Below are positions 31,100-39,554 of a stretch of DNA of 43,769 nt, one piece after another (the stretch's first letter is position 1; the number at the start of each line of letters is the position of its first letter). A model generated the notes under the pieces. It was not told where the DNA came from, did no database searches, and saw nothing but the letters and a program-made list of their open reading frames with translations. Origin of the DNA: Candidatus Margulisiibacteriota bacterium (GTDB lineage Bacteria > Margulisbacteria > WOR-1 > O2-12-FULL-45-9); the NCBI GenBank assembly GCA_043816785.1, contig JBDRHP010000004.1, forward strand, positions 1 to 43,769, in the 5' to 3' direction. The position numbers were made by a program, and so were the translations under genes.

Positions 31100-31831
31100 C
31101 TAGGGGTTAAAAACCGGCGGCAGGCACCTTTTGTGCTCTGTGGCTGCCATTTTTTGCTTTACTTTATCAACCAATTTCTTATCCAGACCGGCCAATTTCT
31201 TCTTTTCTAGACCAACAATGATCTTATCAAGCATCTCGTAGCTGATGCCCATTTCTTCCTCATCTGTTTGGCCATGCCAAAGCCCGGCAGAGGGTTTTCT
31301 TTCAATAATTACTTTGGGAATACCCAATTCTTCAGCCAATTCCCGGACCTGCGATTTTAAAAGCCCGCCAAGAGGCAGCAGGTCAACTCCCCCATCCCCA
31401 TATTTGGTAAAATAACCCATAACCGACTCAGAACGATTGCCAGTGCCCACCACCAGATAATTTAACTTATTCGCCTGGTAATACAGCGAGATCATGCGCA
31501 AGCGCGGCCGTAAATTTGCAATGGCCAGATCCATTGCTTTACCATCGTAAGCTTTGCCTTCTAATTGAACGAACAATTCATTGTTGACTGTTTTTAAGTC
31601 GACCAATTCGGTGGGGATATCAAACTTTTTCGCCAATTCCTGGGCGTGCTTCAAGTCCTCTTCCCCGCTGTAACAGGGCATCAGCAACCCTAAAACCTTA
31701 TCAGGATAAGCCTTTTTACATAGCACGCCAACCACTGCCGAATCTATGCCTCCGGACAGGCCAAAAACACAGCCCTTGGCTCCGGCAGCTTGAACTTTAT
31801 TCTTAATCCAGGTAACTAATTGACTAATCAT
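31100..31831 (-). CDS. nadE: NH3-dependent NAD+ synthetase
   Basis: GLSGGIDS, RLRM, GYFTKYGDG, PSAGL..QTDE. Confidence 0.96.
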   Translation of the reverse strand: MISQLVTWIKNKVQAAGAKGCVFGLSGGIDSAVVGVLCKKAYPDKVLGLLMPCYSGEEDLKHAQELAKKFDIPTELVDLKTVNNELFVQLEGKAYDGKAMDLAIANLRPRLRMISLYYQANKLNYLVVGTGNRSESVMGYFTKYGDGGVDLLPLGGLLKSQVRELAEELGIPKVIIERKPSAGLWHGQTDEEEMGISYEMLDKIIVGLEKKKLAGLDKKLVDKVKQKMAATEHKRCLPPVFNP

Positions 31832-31842
31832 CTCTTAGGTAA

Positions 31843-31871
31843 ATTATAGGGCCTTTGCTGCAATTTGACAA
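31843..31871 (-). promoter_or_regulatory. sigma70 promoter of nadE
   Basis: TTGTCA-N17-TATAAT. Confidence 0.65.
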
Positions 31872-31872
31872 C

Positions 31873-32706
31873 TTACTTAGCTTTATCCTTGTCTTTATTT
31901 TCTTTCGCATCCAACGCCTTTCTTTCCTTGACCACCTGGTCAAAGATCGGCTGCCAATCGCCAAAGGCCTTATAAAGCACGATAAAGTTCGGTTTCAGGT
32001 CCTGGGCCGTCTGGAAGATCTGATCAGGGTTTCTGCCGGAAAGCGCCGCAGCCAGGGAAGCCAGCATCATTTCTTCGTCACGGACCCTCTTATTGACCGC
32101 CGCTAATTTATCAGCCTTAAAGCCGAACAGTTCAGTCTCAACCTTTGTCGCGGCGGCCTGTGACCAGTTTGACTGAGCTTCTTTAAATAAAGACCGCAAT
32201 TTAGCAACCTCCTTATCGCTCAGTTTATCCTTTCCCTTGAGATAAGAAATAATCCCCTCCATTGAGTTATCAAAACCAGTCAAGCCATCAAGGAAATATT
32301 CAAAACCATGGCGGTGGCGCAAGTCTTTTAGGATCAACCTGACCCCGGCCAGCTTATTATTGGCCGCGGAAAGATCACCTTTTTTGACCAGGCCTTCGGC
32401 GGTAACTATTAAACGTTCGATCTTAGCAAAGTCTTCCTGCCAGAACTTATCAGTAATATCCATGCCGTACTTTAGCTCAAGAGTAGCATACTTTTTATTG
32501 AACTTGTCCCATTCCTTTTTTAATCCCTCAATGGCAAGCTCAGATTCCCGCTGCCGCTGCAAATCAGTGAATAGCAAAGCCGGGATATAGACACGGTCCA
32601 AGGCAACCATGGACTCCATCAGTTTGGGCTGGACTGGTCCTTGGGCGCAGCCAAAAAGAAAAGCAAAAAAAAGCAAGCTGATAAGGATCATTATCTTATT
32701 TTTCAT
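31873..32706 (-). CDS. Hypothetical helical lipoprotein
   Basis: Lipobox LFGC after a hydrophobic signal; amphipathic helical pattern. Confidence 0.75.
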   Translation of the reverse strand: MKNKIMILISLLFFAFLFGCAQGPVQPKLMESMVALDRVYIPALLFTDLQRQRESELAIEGLKKEWDKFNKKYATLELKYGMDITDKFWQEDFAKIERLIVTAEGLVKKGDLSAANNKLAGVRLILKDLRHRHGFEYFLDGLTGFDNSMEGIISYLKGKDKLSDKEVAKLRSLFKEAQSNWSQAAATKVETELFGFKADKLAAVNKRVRDEEMMLASLAAALSGRNPDQIFQTAQDLKPNFIVLYKAFGDWQPIFDQVVKERKALDAKENKDKDKAK

Positions 32707-32727
32707 TCAGCAGTTCCTGATAGATTT

Positions 32728-34197
32728 TTAGCGAAAAACAGTTAGCCTAAACTTATCCAGGATCCTGTTTTCATCCCGGTCAATGATCACTCCAATATAA
32801 ATACCGTTGGACACGGTCATGTTCGCGTCTGTCTTGCCGCTCCAAACAATTGTGTTCAATCCCTTTTTGCCTCCCTCATCACCAGTAGAATATCTTTGCT
32901 TCATCACCGTGGATCCGTCACCGCCAAAAATGACCACTTCAATGTTAGATTGCAAACTAAGACGGTACTGGATCTTGACCTCACTATCTCTGGCTGGATT
33001 AAAGGGGCTGGGAAAAACCATCGGCGCCCCTTCCAACTGGGTCGGCACGGTCACCACCCTGGCGTACGCTTCCAGGGACAAGAGCTGGCCGTAGGCATTT
33101 TCCACTTCAAAGATCAGGTGATGTTCGCCAAAGGGCAGTTTTTTTGCCGCTGACATCTTCAAGACATACATGGCGTAGTCAACATCAAAGCTGGAAGCAT
33201 CCTTATAAGGCTTGGCCACCACAACGCTAAAATCCCCCCAGGCCGCGCTGTACTCTGCCTCATTGATAAATAAACGCGCCCGCCGCCAGATCACGCCAGA
33301 GGAAGTGTTAAGATCAACTTTGATCTCCGGAATATCAGAGATCATCATTGGTTCCTTTTGGGAATACAACGTAGCTTCATAATAACGGTCATCAAAGGCA
33401 ATGTTTAATTTTGGCACATAAATCTCATCCACCCCGGCAGCGGAGATCAGCGCCAGTTTATTGGAAAGACAAAAGTCCTTTAACAAATAATCGCCTTTGA
33501 TCTTGACGGATTCAACTTGTTTAAAGACCAGGTCCAGGGTGTTAAATAAATCCTCGTACAGATCGCGGCGGATCGTCTTGATGCTATCGCTGGCGTATTG
33601 ACCGCCCAGCATTATAGTGGCTGTCTTTTGCGTTTTGTTAACCTGGTTTCTGCCTTCCTTGGGCAGATAGGTCAGCAAGCAATTTTCATCCAGGGAATCT
33701 TTGACCAAAACCTCGATCTCGTATTCAGGCCTGGCGGCAATATCGGCTTGCAGATAATTTGATGATGGCAGATATTTTCTGCCGACTAAATACTTCTCCG
33801 CCAATTTAAAATCCTGCCACCCCTTGGGCAAGGCCTCAGGGCTGGCCGCTGCCAGCACGTTGATCCTGACACTGCCTGAAGATTGCACACCTAGCGGATC
33901 TTTGGCCACCAGGGTAAACGTGTGCTGGCCCACCTGATTTGGTTCAGGCCGCCAGAAGAAGAGCTTGCTTGATGCATCAAATACCGGCGGATTATTAGCC
34001 GGGGCGCCTTTTATAAGAAAACGCAGGCTTCTTTCCACCTCGGGAGAAACCGCGCTTTGTTTGACAACAAAGGCCAGCGAATTTAAACCATTGCCATAAA
34101 CCTCCACTGCCTCAGGCAATGTTAATGTCGGCACTTCAGCAACAGCTGACAAAACCAGCCAGCTAAAGCACATGATTATTGAAATAAATATCTTCAT
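32728..34197 (-). CDS. Secreted protein with Ig/cadherin-like N-domain and FlgD-Ig/T9SS-like C-terminal domain
   Basis: Signal peptide; FFWRPEPNQVGQHTFTLVAKD; FPSPFNP..IQYRL..WSGKT..VSNGIY. Confidence 0.72.
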   Translation of the reverse strand: MKIFISIIMCFSWLVLSAVAEVPTLTLPEAVEVYGNGLNSLAFVVKQSAVSPEVERSLRFLIKGAPANNPPVFDASSKLFFWRPEPNQVGQHTFTLVAKDPLGVQSSGSVRINVLAAASPEALPKGWQDFKLAEKYLVGRKYLPSSNYLQADIAARPEYEIEVLVKDSLDENCLLTYLPKEGRNQVNKTQKTATIMLGGQYASDSIKTIRRDLYEDLFNTLDLVFKQVESVKIKGDYLLKDFCLSNKLALISAAGVDEIYVPKLNIAFDDRYYEATLYSQKEPMMISDIPEIKVDLNTSSGVIWRRARLFINEAEYSAAWGDFSVVVAKPYKDASSFDVDYAMYVLKMSAAKKLPFGEHHLIFEVENAYGQLLSLEAYARVVTVPTQLEGAPMVFPSPFNPARDSEVKIQYRLSLQSNIEVVIFGGDGSTVMKQRYSTGDEGGKKGLNTIVWSGKTDANMTVSNGIYIGVIIDRDENRILDKFRLTVFR

Positions 34198-35390
34198 GCT
34201 GCTATTTTCTCAGGAATCAGGAAAAAAAGCAAAGCCGCGGCAATGAGCGGCAGCACCGCGCCGTAGGAAAAGGCGATCACCGGGCCGGTAATATCCCAGA
34301 GCAAGCCAACCACTAATGAGGCCGGCAGATCCAAAACCCCAATGACCATATGATAAATACCGTAAGCCGTCCCCTTCACTTCAGCCGGCACCAGTTCCGG
34401 CACCATGGCGCGCGGAACAGTGTCAATGATCGCCGCGGCCAACCCAGCCAGGACAAAAAGTATCCAGGCATGAATTGGACTAGAGGCAAAGGCAAAACCA
34501 AAACACATTAGCCCACCAATTATGAAACCGATCATTAAAACATTTTTCTTGCCCAAGCGGTCAGCCAGCTGGCCAAAAGGCATTGCTGTCCCGGCATAAA
34601 CCAGGTTGTAGACCAGATAGATTATTGGGATCAAAGGCACGATAACCCCAAGGTCGGCAGCCCGCAGGATAAAGAAAGCATAGCTGAATTGCGCCAGGTG
34701 AAAGACCGCCATAACAGCTAAAAAGAGGATGAATTTTTTCGGCAAGGCAGCTTTAAATGAAAAAACGGTTTTTCTCACCTCAGCAAACTTCGGCTCCTTG
34801 ACCCAAAAAACCAGGGTCAGGACCGCCATGATCCCGGGAATGATCGCGATCCAAAAGATCGTCCGATACTGAAAGATCGTATCCATCTGAAAATAACGGG
34901 TGAAGACATAAAGAAAAAGCGAAGCCAGCAGTGTGCCCACCACCGCCCCTGAAGTGTCCATCATCCGGTGAAAACCGAAATATTTTCCCCGCTCATGCGG
35001 CTCAACTGATTCAGCGATCAAGGCGTCTCTGGGAGAAGTACGCACCCCCTTGCCCACCCGGTCAAGGAAACGGACGAAAAGGACCTGCCCCCAATTGCCT
35101 GCCACGGCAATAAAGGGTTTGGTAACAGTTGAGAGTGTGTAACCAATCACTAACAGTAATTTTCTCTTACGCAGTTTATCAGAAAACCAGCCGGAAAAGG
35201 TCTTGAGCGTACTGGCGGTAAATTCGGCAATACCTTCGATAAAGCCGATAACTGTTTTGCCAGCGCCCAAAGCGGTCAGGAACAAGGGCAGCAGAGACAG
35301 GATCATTTCTGAAGAAACATCCGTGAAGAAACTGGTCATACCCAGGGCATAGACGTTCTTTTTTAGTTCTTTTTTATTATCCTGTTCCAT
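34194..35390 (-). CDS. MFS transporter
   Basis: GWFSDKLRKRK, DRVGKGVRTSPRDALI, GQLADRLGKK. Confidence 0.92.
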   Translation of the reverse strand: MEQDNKKELKKNVYALGMTSFFTDVSSEMILSLLPLFLTALGAGKTVIGFIEGIAEFTASTLKTFSGWFSDKLRKRKLLLVIGYTLSTVTKPFIAVAGNWGQVLFVRFLDRVGKGVRTSPRDALIAESVEPHERGKYFGFHRMMDTSGAVVGTLLASLFLYVFTRYFQMDTIFQYRTIFWIAIIPGIMAVLTLVFWVKEPKFAEVRKTVFSFKAALPKKFILFLAVMAVFHLAQFSYAFFILRAADLGVIVPLIPIIYLVYNLVYAGTAMPFGQLADRLGKKNVLMIGFIIGGLMCFGFAFASSPIHAWILFVLAGLAAAIIDTVPRAMVPELVPAEVKGTAYGIYHMVIGVLDLPASLVVGLLWDITGPVIAFSYGAVLPLIAAALLFFLIPEKIAA

Positions 35391-36488
35391 CTATATAAGA
35401 CTTCCCACATACCTGGCAATCGCCAGGCAGGCGGTCAGTCCCGGTGACTCGATACCGATAAGATTGATAAGACCTGGATATCCAAGGGAGGCTTCCTCTT
35501 TGATCACAAAGTCCCTGAATGCCTCCCCTGGCCCCTGAAGTTTAGGTCTGACGCCGGCCTGATCAGGCGCCAGGTCAGCTTCCTTTATTTGGGGAAAAAG
35601 TTCCTTAATTGATTCCCAAAAAACTTTGCGATGCGTCGGATCAACCCTGTATTCTATTTCTGAAACATACTCAGCGCTTGGCCCGAATTTTAAACCGCCA
35701 GCCAGATCGATCACAGAGTGCACGCCCAGGCCAGCAGCATCCTTGCCCGGCACAGGATAGACCAGATGTTTGATAACAGACGGCCTGGTATAAGCAAAAT
35801 ATTCACCTTTGCAATATTTCAAGCGGTATTTGTTCTGGTCAATATCAATCCCCACCATGGCCGCGATCTGATCAGCAGCTAAACCAGCTGAATTGATCAC
35901 TACGTCAGACTTTAATGGCTCCCCGCCAGCAAGTTGGACTAAATAACCATCAGGCTCTTGCTTCAACCCCGTCACTGCATTGCCATAGGCTAAGATAACG
36001 CCATTGCTTTTGGCCTCAGCTTCCAAAGCTTTCATTAATTGATGCGAGTCAATTATGCCGGTGTTGGGAGAAGACAAAGCCTTAACAGCCTTGACCGCTG
36101 GCTCATACTCAGCCAATTCCTTTGCCGCCATCCAGGCCAGATCACGCACGCCATTTTCCTGTCCTTTTTGCCTTAGCTCCTCAAGCTCTTTAACCTCAGC
36201 TTCGTTTTCCGCCACAATGATCTTCCCCAAACGCTTATGGGCAATGTTCTGCTTCTGACAATATTCATAAAGCAAGCGATTGCCTTCCACGCATAACCGC
36301 GCCTTGAGGGAATCTTTGGGGTAATAAATGCCGGCATGGATAACTTCGCTGTTGCGGCTGCTTGTACTCTGGCCAAAAGACGTTTCTTTTTCCAGCAGGA
36401 TAATCTCCTGGTTTTTTTTGCTTAATTCAGCCGCGATCGACAAACCGACCACGCCAGCGCCAATGATAACAACCCCTGTTTTCTCCAT
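35391..36488 (-). CDS. FAD-dependent oxidoreductase, LhgO/L-2-hydroxyglutarate oxidase family
   Basis: IIGAGVVG, TSSRNSEVIHAGIYY, KGEYF, GIESPGLT. Confidence 0.9.
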   Translation of the reverse strand: MEKTGVVIIGAGVVGLSIAAELSKKNQEIILLEKETSFGQSTSSRNSEVIHAGIYYPKDSLKARLCVEGNRLLYEYCQKQNIAHKRLGKIIVAENEAEVKELEELRQKGQENGVRDLAWMAAKELAEYEPAVKAVKALSSPNTGIIDSHQLMKALEAEAKSNGVILAYGNAVTGLKQEPDGYLVQLAGGEPLKSDVVINSAGLAADQIAAMVGIDIDQNKYRLKYCKGEYFAYTRPSVIKHLVYPVPGKDAAGLGVHSVIDLAGGLKFGPSAEYVSEIEYRVDPTHRKVFWESIKELFPQIKEADLAPDQAGVRPKLQGPGEAFRDFVIKEEASLGYPGLINLIGIESPGLTACLAIARYVGSLI

Positions 36489-36535
36489 GATTTGACATTA
36501 TCATATCATATTTACAAAAATAATTTCATTGCTGA

Positions 36536-36564
36536 TTGACTAGATGCGTCTCTCATGTTAAACT
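36536..36564 (+). promoter_or_regulatory. sigma70 promoter of the tRNA cluster
   Basis: TTGACT-N17-TAAACT with TG extension, 12 nt before tRNA-Gly. Confidence 0.7.
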
Positions 36565-36576
36565 TTTTCACGTTAT

Positions 36577-36649
<73 letters not shown>

Positions 36650-36776
36650 AATAAATTTTGCGTAAGCAAAATTTATTCCTTAATCCTTCATCTTAATCCT
36701 TATCCTAGGGTGGTTGTAAGTCGTAGCGAGGCCCGATGTAATCGGGCCGAGCGTGTTGTTTGTTGTAAGTTAATAT

Positions 36777-36850
36777 CGGGGTGTAGCTTAGCTTGGTAGA
36801 GCGCCTGGTTTGGGACCAGGAGGTCGCTGGTTCGAATCCAGTCACCACGA
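36777..36850 (+). tRNA. tRNA-Pro(TGG)
   Basis: Anticodon arm CCTGG-TTTGGGA-CCAGG; GGTTCGAATCC; one acceptor-stem mismatch. Confidence 0.93.
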
Positions 36851-36856
36851 TTTTTT

Positions 36857-36930
36857 GCGCCCATAGCTCAGCTGGATAGAGCAACAGATTTCTAATCTGT
36901 AGGCCGCAGGTTCGAGTCCTGCTGGGCGCG
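36857..36930 (+). tRNA. tRNA-Arg(TCT)
   Basis: Acceptor GCGCCCA/TGGGCGC; ACAGA-TTTCTAA-TCTGT. Confidence 0.97.
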
Positions 36931-36935
36931 TTTAT

Positions 36936-37017
36936 GGGCGAGTGGCGGAACTGGCAGACGCACCAGACTTAGGATCTGGCGCCGTAAGGCATGGAGGTTC
37001 AACTCCTCTCTCGCCCA
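36936..37017 (+). tRNA. tRNA-Leu(TAG)
   Basis: Acceptor GGGCGAG/CTCGCCC; CCAGA-CTTAGGA-TCTGG; long variable arm. Confidence 0.97.
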
Positions 37018-37051
37018 AATAAAAATCCGAGCTGGCGCTGGATTTTTATTT
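37017..37051. terminator. Probable bidirectional terminator hairpin
   Basis: AAATAAAAATCC-N11-GGATTTTTATTT between convergent units. Confidence 0.55.
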
Positions 37052-37121
37052 CCTCCGCCTCAGCCTTCGCCTCGGATTTTTATAGGCAGAGGCAAAGGCC
37101 GAGGCTAAGGCAAAGGTAAGG
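37052..37121. repeat. Inverted hexamer-repeat tract beside the four-helix-bundle gene
   Basis: CCTCCG CCTCAG CCTTCG CCTCGG opposite AGGCAG AGGCAA AGGCCG AGGCTA AGGCAA AGGTAA. Confidence 0.7.
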
Positions 37122-37126
37122 TACCA

Positions 37127-37492
37127 TTATTTTATTCTCTTATCCACACTAATTATTAAAGCCTGCAAATCTTTACTAATTTCTTTAAGCTTTGCCTTTA
37201 ATCCCACAACTTGTTCTTCCTCTAATAGTTGATAAACCTCAAACAAATCAAGGGCAGCGATACATTCGAAAGTCGATCCTCGGCTAATCCTGTAAAAGTT
37301 AGACTTATCTTTCTTTGTCCATTTCCCAGACCCCTCCGCAATATTCAAGATAATCGAAGAAGAAGCCCTCCTAATCTGATCCATTAAATAGTAATAGTCC
37401 TTGTTCTTTACTTCTTTGCACAACAGACTAATTTCTTTTGTTGCCTCAAGGGCTTTTACATATACAGGAAACCCCTTAAATTCATCGCTCAT
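37127..37492 (-). CDS. Four helix bundle protein (23S rRNA IVP/bAvd-like family)
   Basis: DQIRRASSSIILNIAEG, FYRISRGSTFEC; start at ATG 37492 behind GGAGGAGG. Confidence 0.92.
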   Translation of the reverse strand: MSDEFKGFPVYVKALEATKEISLLCKEVKNKDYYYLMDQIRRASSSIILNIAEGSGKWTKKDKSNFYRISRGSTFECIAALDLFEVYQLLEEEQVVGLKAKLKEISKDLQALIISVDKRIK

Positions 37493-37518
37493 GCTTTCAC
37501 CTCCTCCATCCCCCACCA

Positions 37519-37533
37519 GCAACTTTATTACCA
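37519..37533 (-). promoter_or_regulatory. sigma54 -24/-12 promoter
   Basis: Minus strand TGGT-AATAAAG-TTGC, one base different from 22723-22737. Confidence 0.72.
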
Positions 37534-37574
37534 GGCCTAAAATGCTCTTTTTAGGGAGGAATGAAGGCCAAAGG

Positions 37575-37590
37575 GGTCAGGATTTCGACA
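37575..37590. promoter_or_regulatory. Degenerate enhancer (UAS) palindrome
   Basis: GGTCAGGATTTCGACA, ~41 bp upstream of the -24 element. Confidence 0.55.
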
Positions 37591-37658
37591 GGGAAGTCGA
37601 GGAATTAAAGCGCGTACCAGGAGCCCCACTATAATAAATGCGCGCCCGCTGTTTTTAC

Positions 37659-37955
37659 TTACCCGCAGCAGCCCCCGCTTCTTTTCATCTTTTCTTCTGT
37701 TTTTTCCACCATCATCCTGACCTTGCCGGCGGCAACCACTTCCGCCACTGCGATGGCCTCCCTTATCTCTTCATCAGAACTGCCAATCTTTTGGGCTTTT
37801 TCCAGATGAGTCTCGTAACAGGGTTTACATCCTGCTCCCAGGGAAACCGCTGTGGCGATCAACTCCTTGGTCTTGAGGGATAGGGCTCCATCTTTAAATA
37901 CCTGGCGGTAAAAATCAACAAATTTTTGATTGATCTCAGGTATATTTTTTAGCAT
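37659..37955 (-). CDS. Carboxymuconolactone decarboxylase/AhpD-like protein
   Basis: LSLKTKELIA..GCKPCYETH..EEIREA; C-terminal GGCCG. Confidence 0.88.
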   Translation of the reverse strand: MLKNIPEINQKFVDFYRQVFKDGALSLKTKELIATAVSLGAGCKPCYETHLEKAQKIGSSDEEIREAIAVAEVVAAGKVRMMVEKTEEKMKRSGGCCG

Positions 37956-37984
37956 TGTTCACCTCCACTGTAATGATCATATTT

Positions 37985-38344
37985 TCAGGACTTTTTTCCG
38001 GCCCTTTCTTTGATTGCTGAAACCGCCTCATCTGTTGTCATATTCCTGATATCGATCGCTTCATGTTTGCTCTTGTCAAAGCCAACAGCATCAAAAGAAT
38101 CACGGAACATCTTTTGCTGCATCAAGGGATCGCAGGCAGCCACATAAAGTTTTTCGATCTCTTTATTGGCTAAAAGCAGTCTAAGATACTGGTCGCCATC
38201 CTCGGCGCAGAGCTGCGGGTGCAAAGAAACAAAATCAAATAGTTTCTCTTTACGGACACGGCTCAAAACCTCGAATATTTCCATTTTTTTGAATGACGGA
38301 CAAGTCCCCTGACAGACGCACATGATCAAGCCTTTCTTAGCCAT
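37985..38344 (-). CDS. Stand-alone HdrA N-terminal-like Cys-rich protein
   Basis: MCVCQGTC, HPQLC, VAACDP, IDIRN resemble the CxC..LC..AACxP..NIR pattern of the HdrA N-terminal domain. Confidence 0.7.
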   Translation of the reverse strand: MAKKGLIMCVCQGTCPSFKKMEIFEVLSRVRKEKLFDFVSLHPQLCAEDGDQYLRLLLANKEIEKLYVAACDPLMQQKMFRDSFDAVGFDKSKHEAIDIRNMTTDEAVSAIKERAGKKS

Positions 38345-38357
38345 ATTTCGCCTCCCT

Positions 38358-38600
38358 TTATTTATTCTCTTCCTGTATCCACGCTTTGATCTGCTCCGGC
38401 CTGGGCAATGGTTTGCCGGAATGTTTTACTTTTTCATTGACCACCAAGCCCGGTGTCATCATGATATATTTGCCTATCTCAGCAATATCAGCGACCTTTG
38501 TAACTGCAGCTTCAACATTAAGTTCCTTTAACGCTTCCTTGACCCGGCGCTCAAGCTCCTGGCAGTTAGGGCAGCCCGGACCCAATACTTTGATCTCCAT
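38358..38600 (-). CDS. Small thioredoxin-fold redox protein (MTH895/TM0996 type)
   Basis: IKVLGPGCPNC, MMTPGLVVN. Confidence 0.9.
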   Translation of the reverse strand: MEIKVLGPGCPNCQELERRVKEALKELNVEAAVTKVADIAEIGKYIMMTPGLVVNEKVKHSGKPLPRPEQIKAWIQEENK

Positions 38601-38604
38601 CCTT

Positions 38605-38850
38605 TTACTTCACCTCCTTAAGACATTCTTTGATCTTTTCCACGTCAATGATATGGCCCTGGCATTTCAGTTTGCCGTTGACAAAAATAGCGGGGGTTAC
38701 CACCATGCCGAAACGGTCCGCGATCTCGTTGACATCGGTTATTTCATCGACTTCGGCTTCCAGCTTTAACTCATGGATTGCATGATGCACGTTGCGGAGC
38801 ATGTCCTGCTGTTCCTCGCTCTCTGTCCCGACCACTTCAATTTTTATCAT
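38605..38850 (-). CDS. Thioredoxin-fold paralog lacking CxxC
   Basis: IEVVGTESEEQ in place of GCxxC; VVTPAIFVNG retained. Confidence 0.75.
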   Translation of the reverse strand: MIKIEVVGTESEEQQDMLRNVHHAIHELKLEAEVDEITDVNEIADRFGMVVTPAIFVNGKLKCQGHIIDVEKIKECLKEVK

Positions 38851-39554
38851 TTGCCACCTCCTAAGATAAGGTAAATCCCGCCTAGAATAACCAGGATACC
38901 GCAGATCCTTTTGACGATAACCGTTCCCTTTGACCTCTCATTCCAATTCAAATAATGCTGAACCATTTCGGTTGAAGTTCCAGCCAGCACAATGACCGAA
39001 CAATGCCCGACCGCGTAAGCCGCGATCAAGACCAGGCCGAACAACAGATCAGCTGCCGACAGATTGAAGACCGCCGCGAGGATCGGCGCCATATAAGCGA
39101 AAGTGCACGGTCCCAGCGCTACACCGAAGATCAGGCCGAGGATAAAGGCAGCCAGCGCTCCTTTTTTCTGATACGAGGGCTGGCTCCCCAAGCCAAAGCC
39201 GGGAAACGGGATAATATCCAGCAAAGCCAGACCGACAAAAATAAAGACCGCGCCCACAAAGTAATTGCTCCAGCCACCAATATCCCCCAGGATCCTGCCC
39301 ATCAAGCCGGTGATCAGGCCGATGACCGCGATAGAAATTAAAATACCGGTTGAAAAGAGAAGCGAGATCAAAAAAGCGCGCCAGGCCGTGATCTTGCCCT
39401 GGCCGTCCACAAAGCCAACGATCAGAGGCAGGCTGGCCAGATGGCAGGGAGAAAGCAAAATGCTCAATATCCCCCAAATAAAAGCGGCCAAAACCGCCAG
39501 GCCGGAGGGAGAAGAAACCGCAACGGTCAGCCATTCAAATAATCCCAGCAGCAT
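38847..39554 (-). CDS. ccdA: CcdA/DsbD transmembrane electron transporter
   Basis: LLSPCH and LGPCT motifs, about 6 TM segments. Confidence 0.88.
   Translation of the reverse strand: MLLGLFEWLTVAVSSPSGLAVLAAFIWGILSILLSPCHLASLPLIVGFVDGQGKITAWRAFLISLLFSTGILISIAVIGLITGLMGRILGDIGGWSNYFVGAVFIFVGLALLDIIPFPGFGLGSQPSYQKKGALAAFILGLIFGVALGPCTFAYMAPILAAVFNLSAADLLFGLVLIAAYAVGHCSVIVLAGTSTEMVQHYLNWNERSKGTVIVKRICGILVILGGIYLILGGGK

Noticed and set aside
37127..37492. Diversity-generating retroelement
   Set aside because: Avd-like fold only; no reverse transcriptase or template/variable repeat pair seen
38605..38850. Selenocysteine explaining the missing CxxC
   Set aside because: Frame is open, with no in-frame TGA at the active-site position
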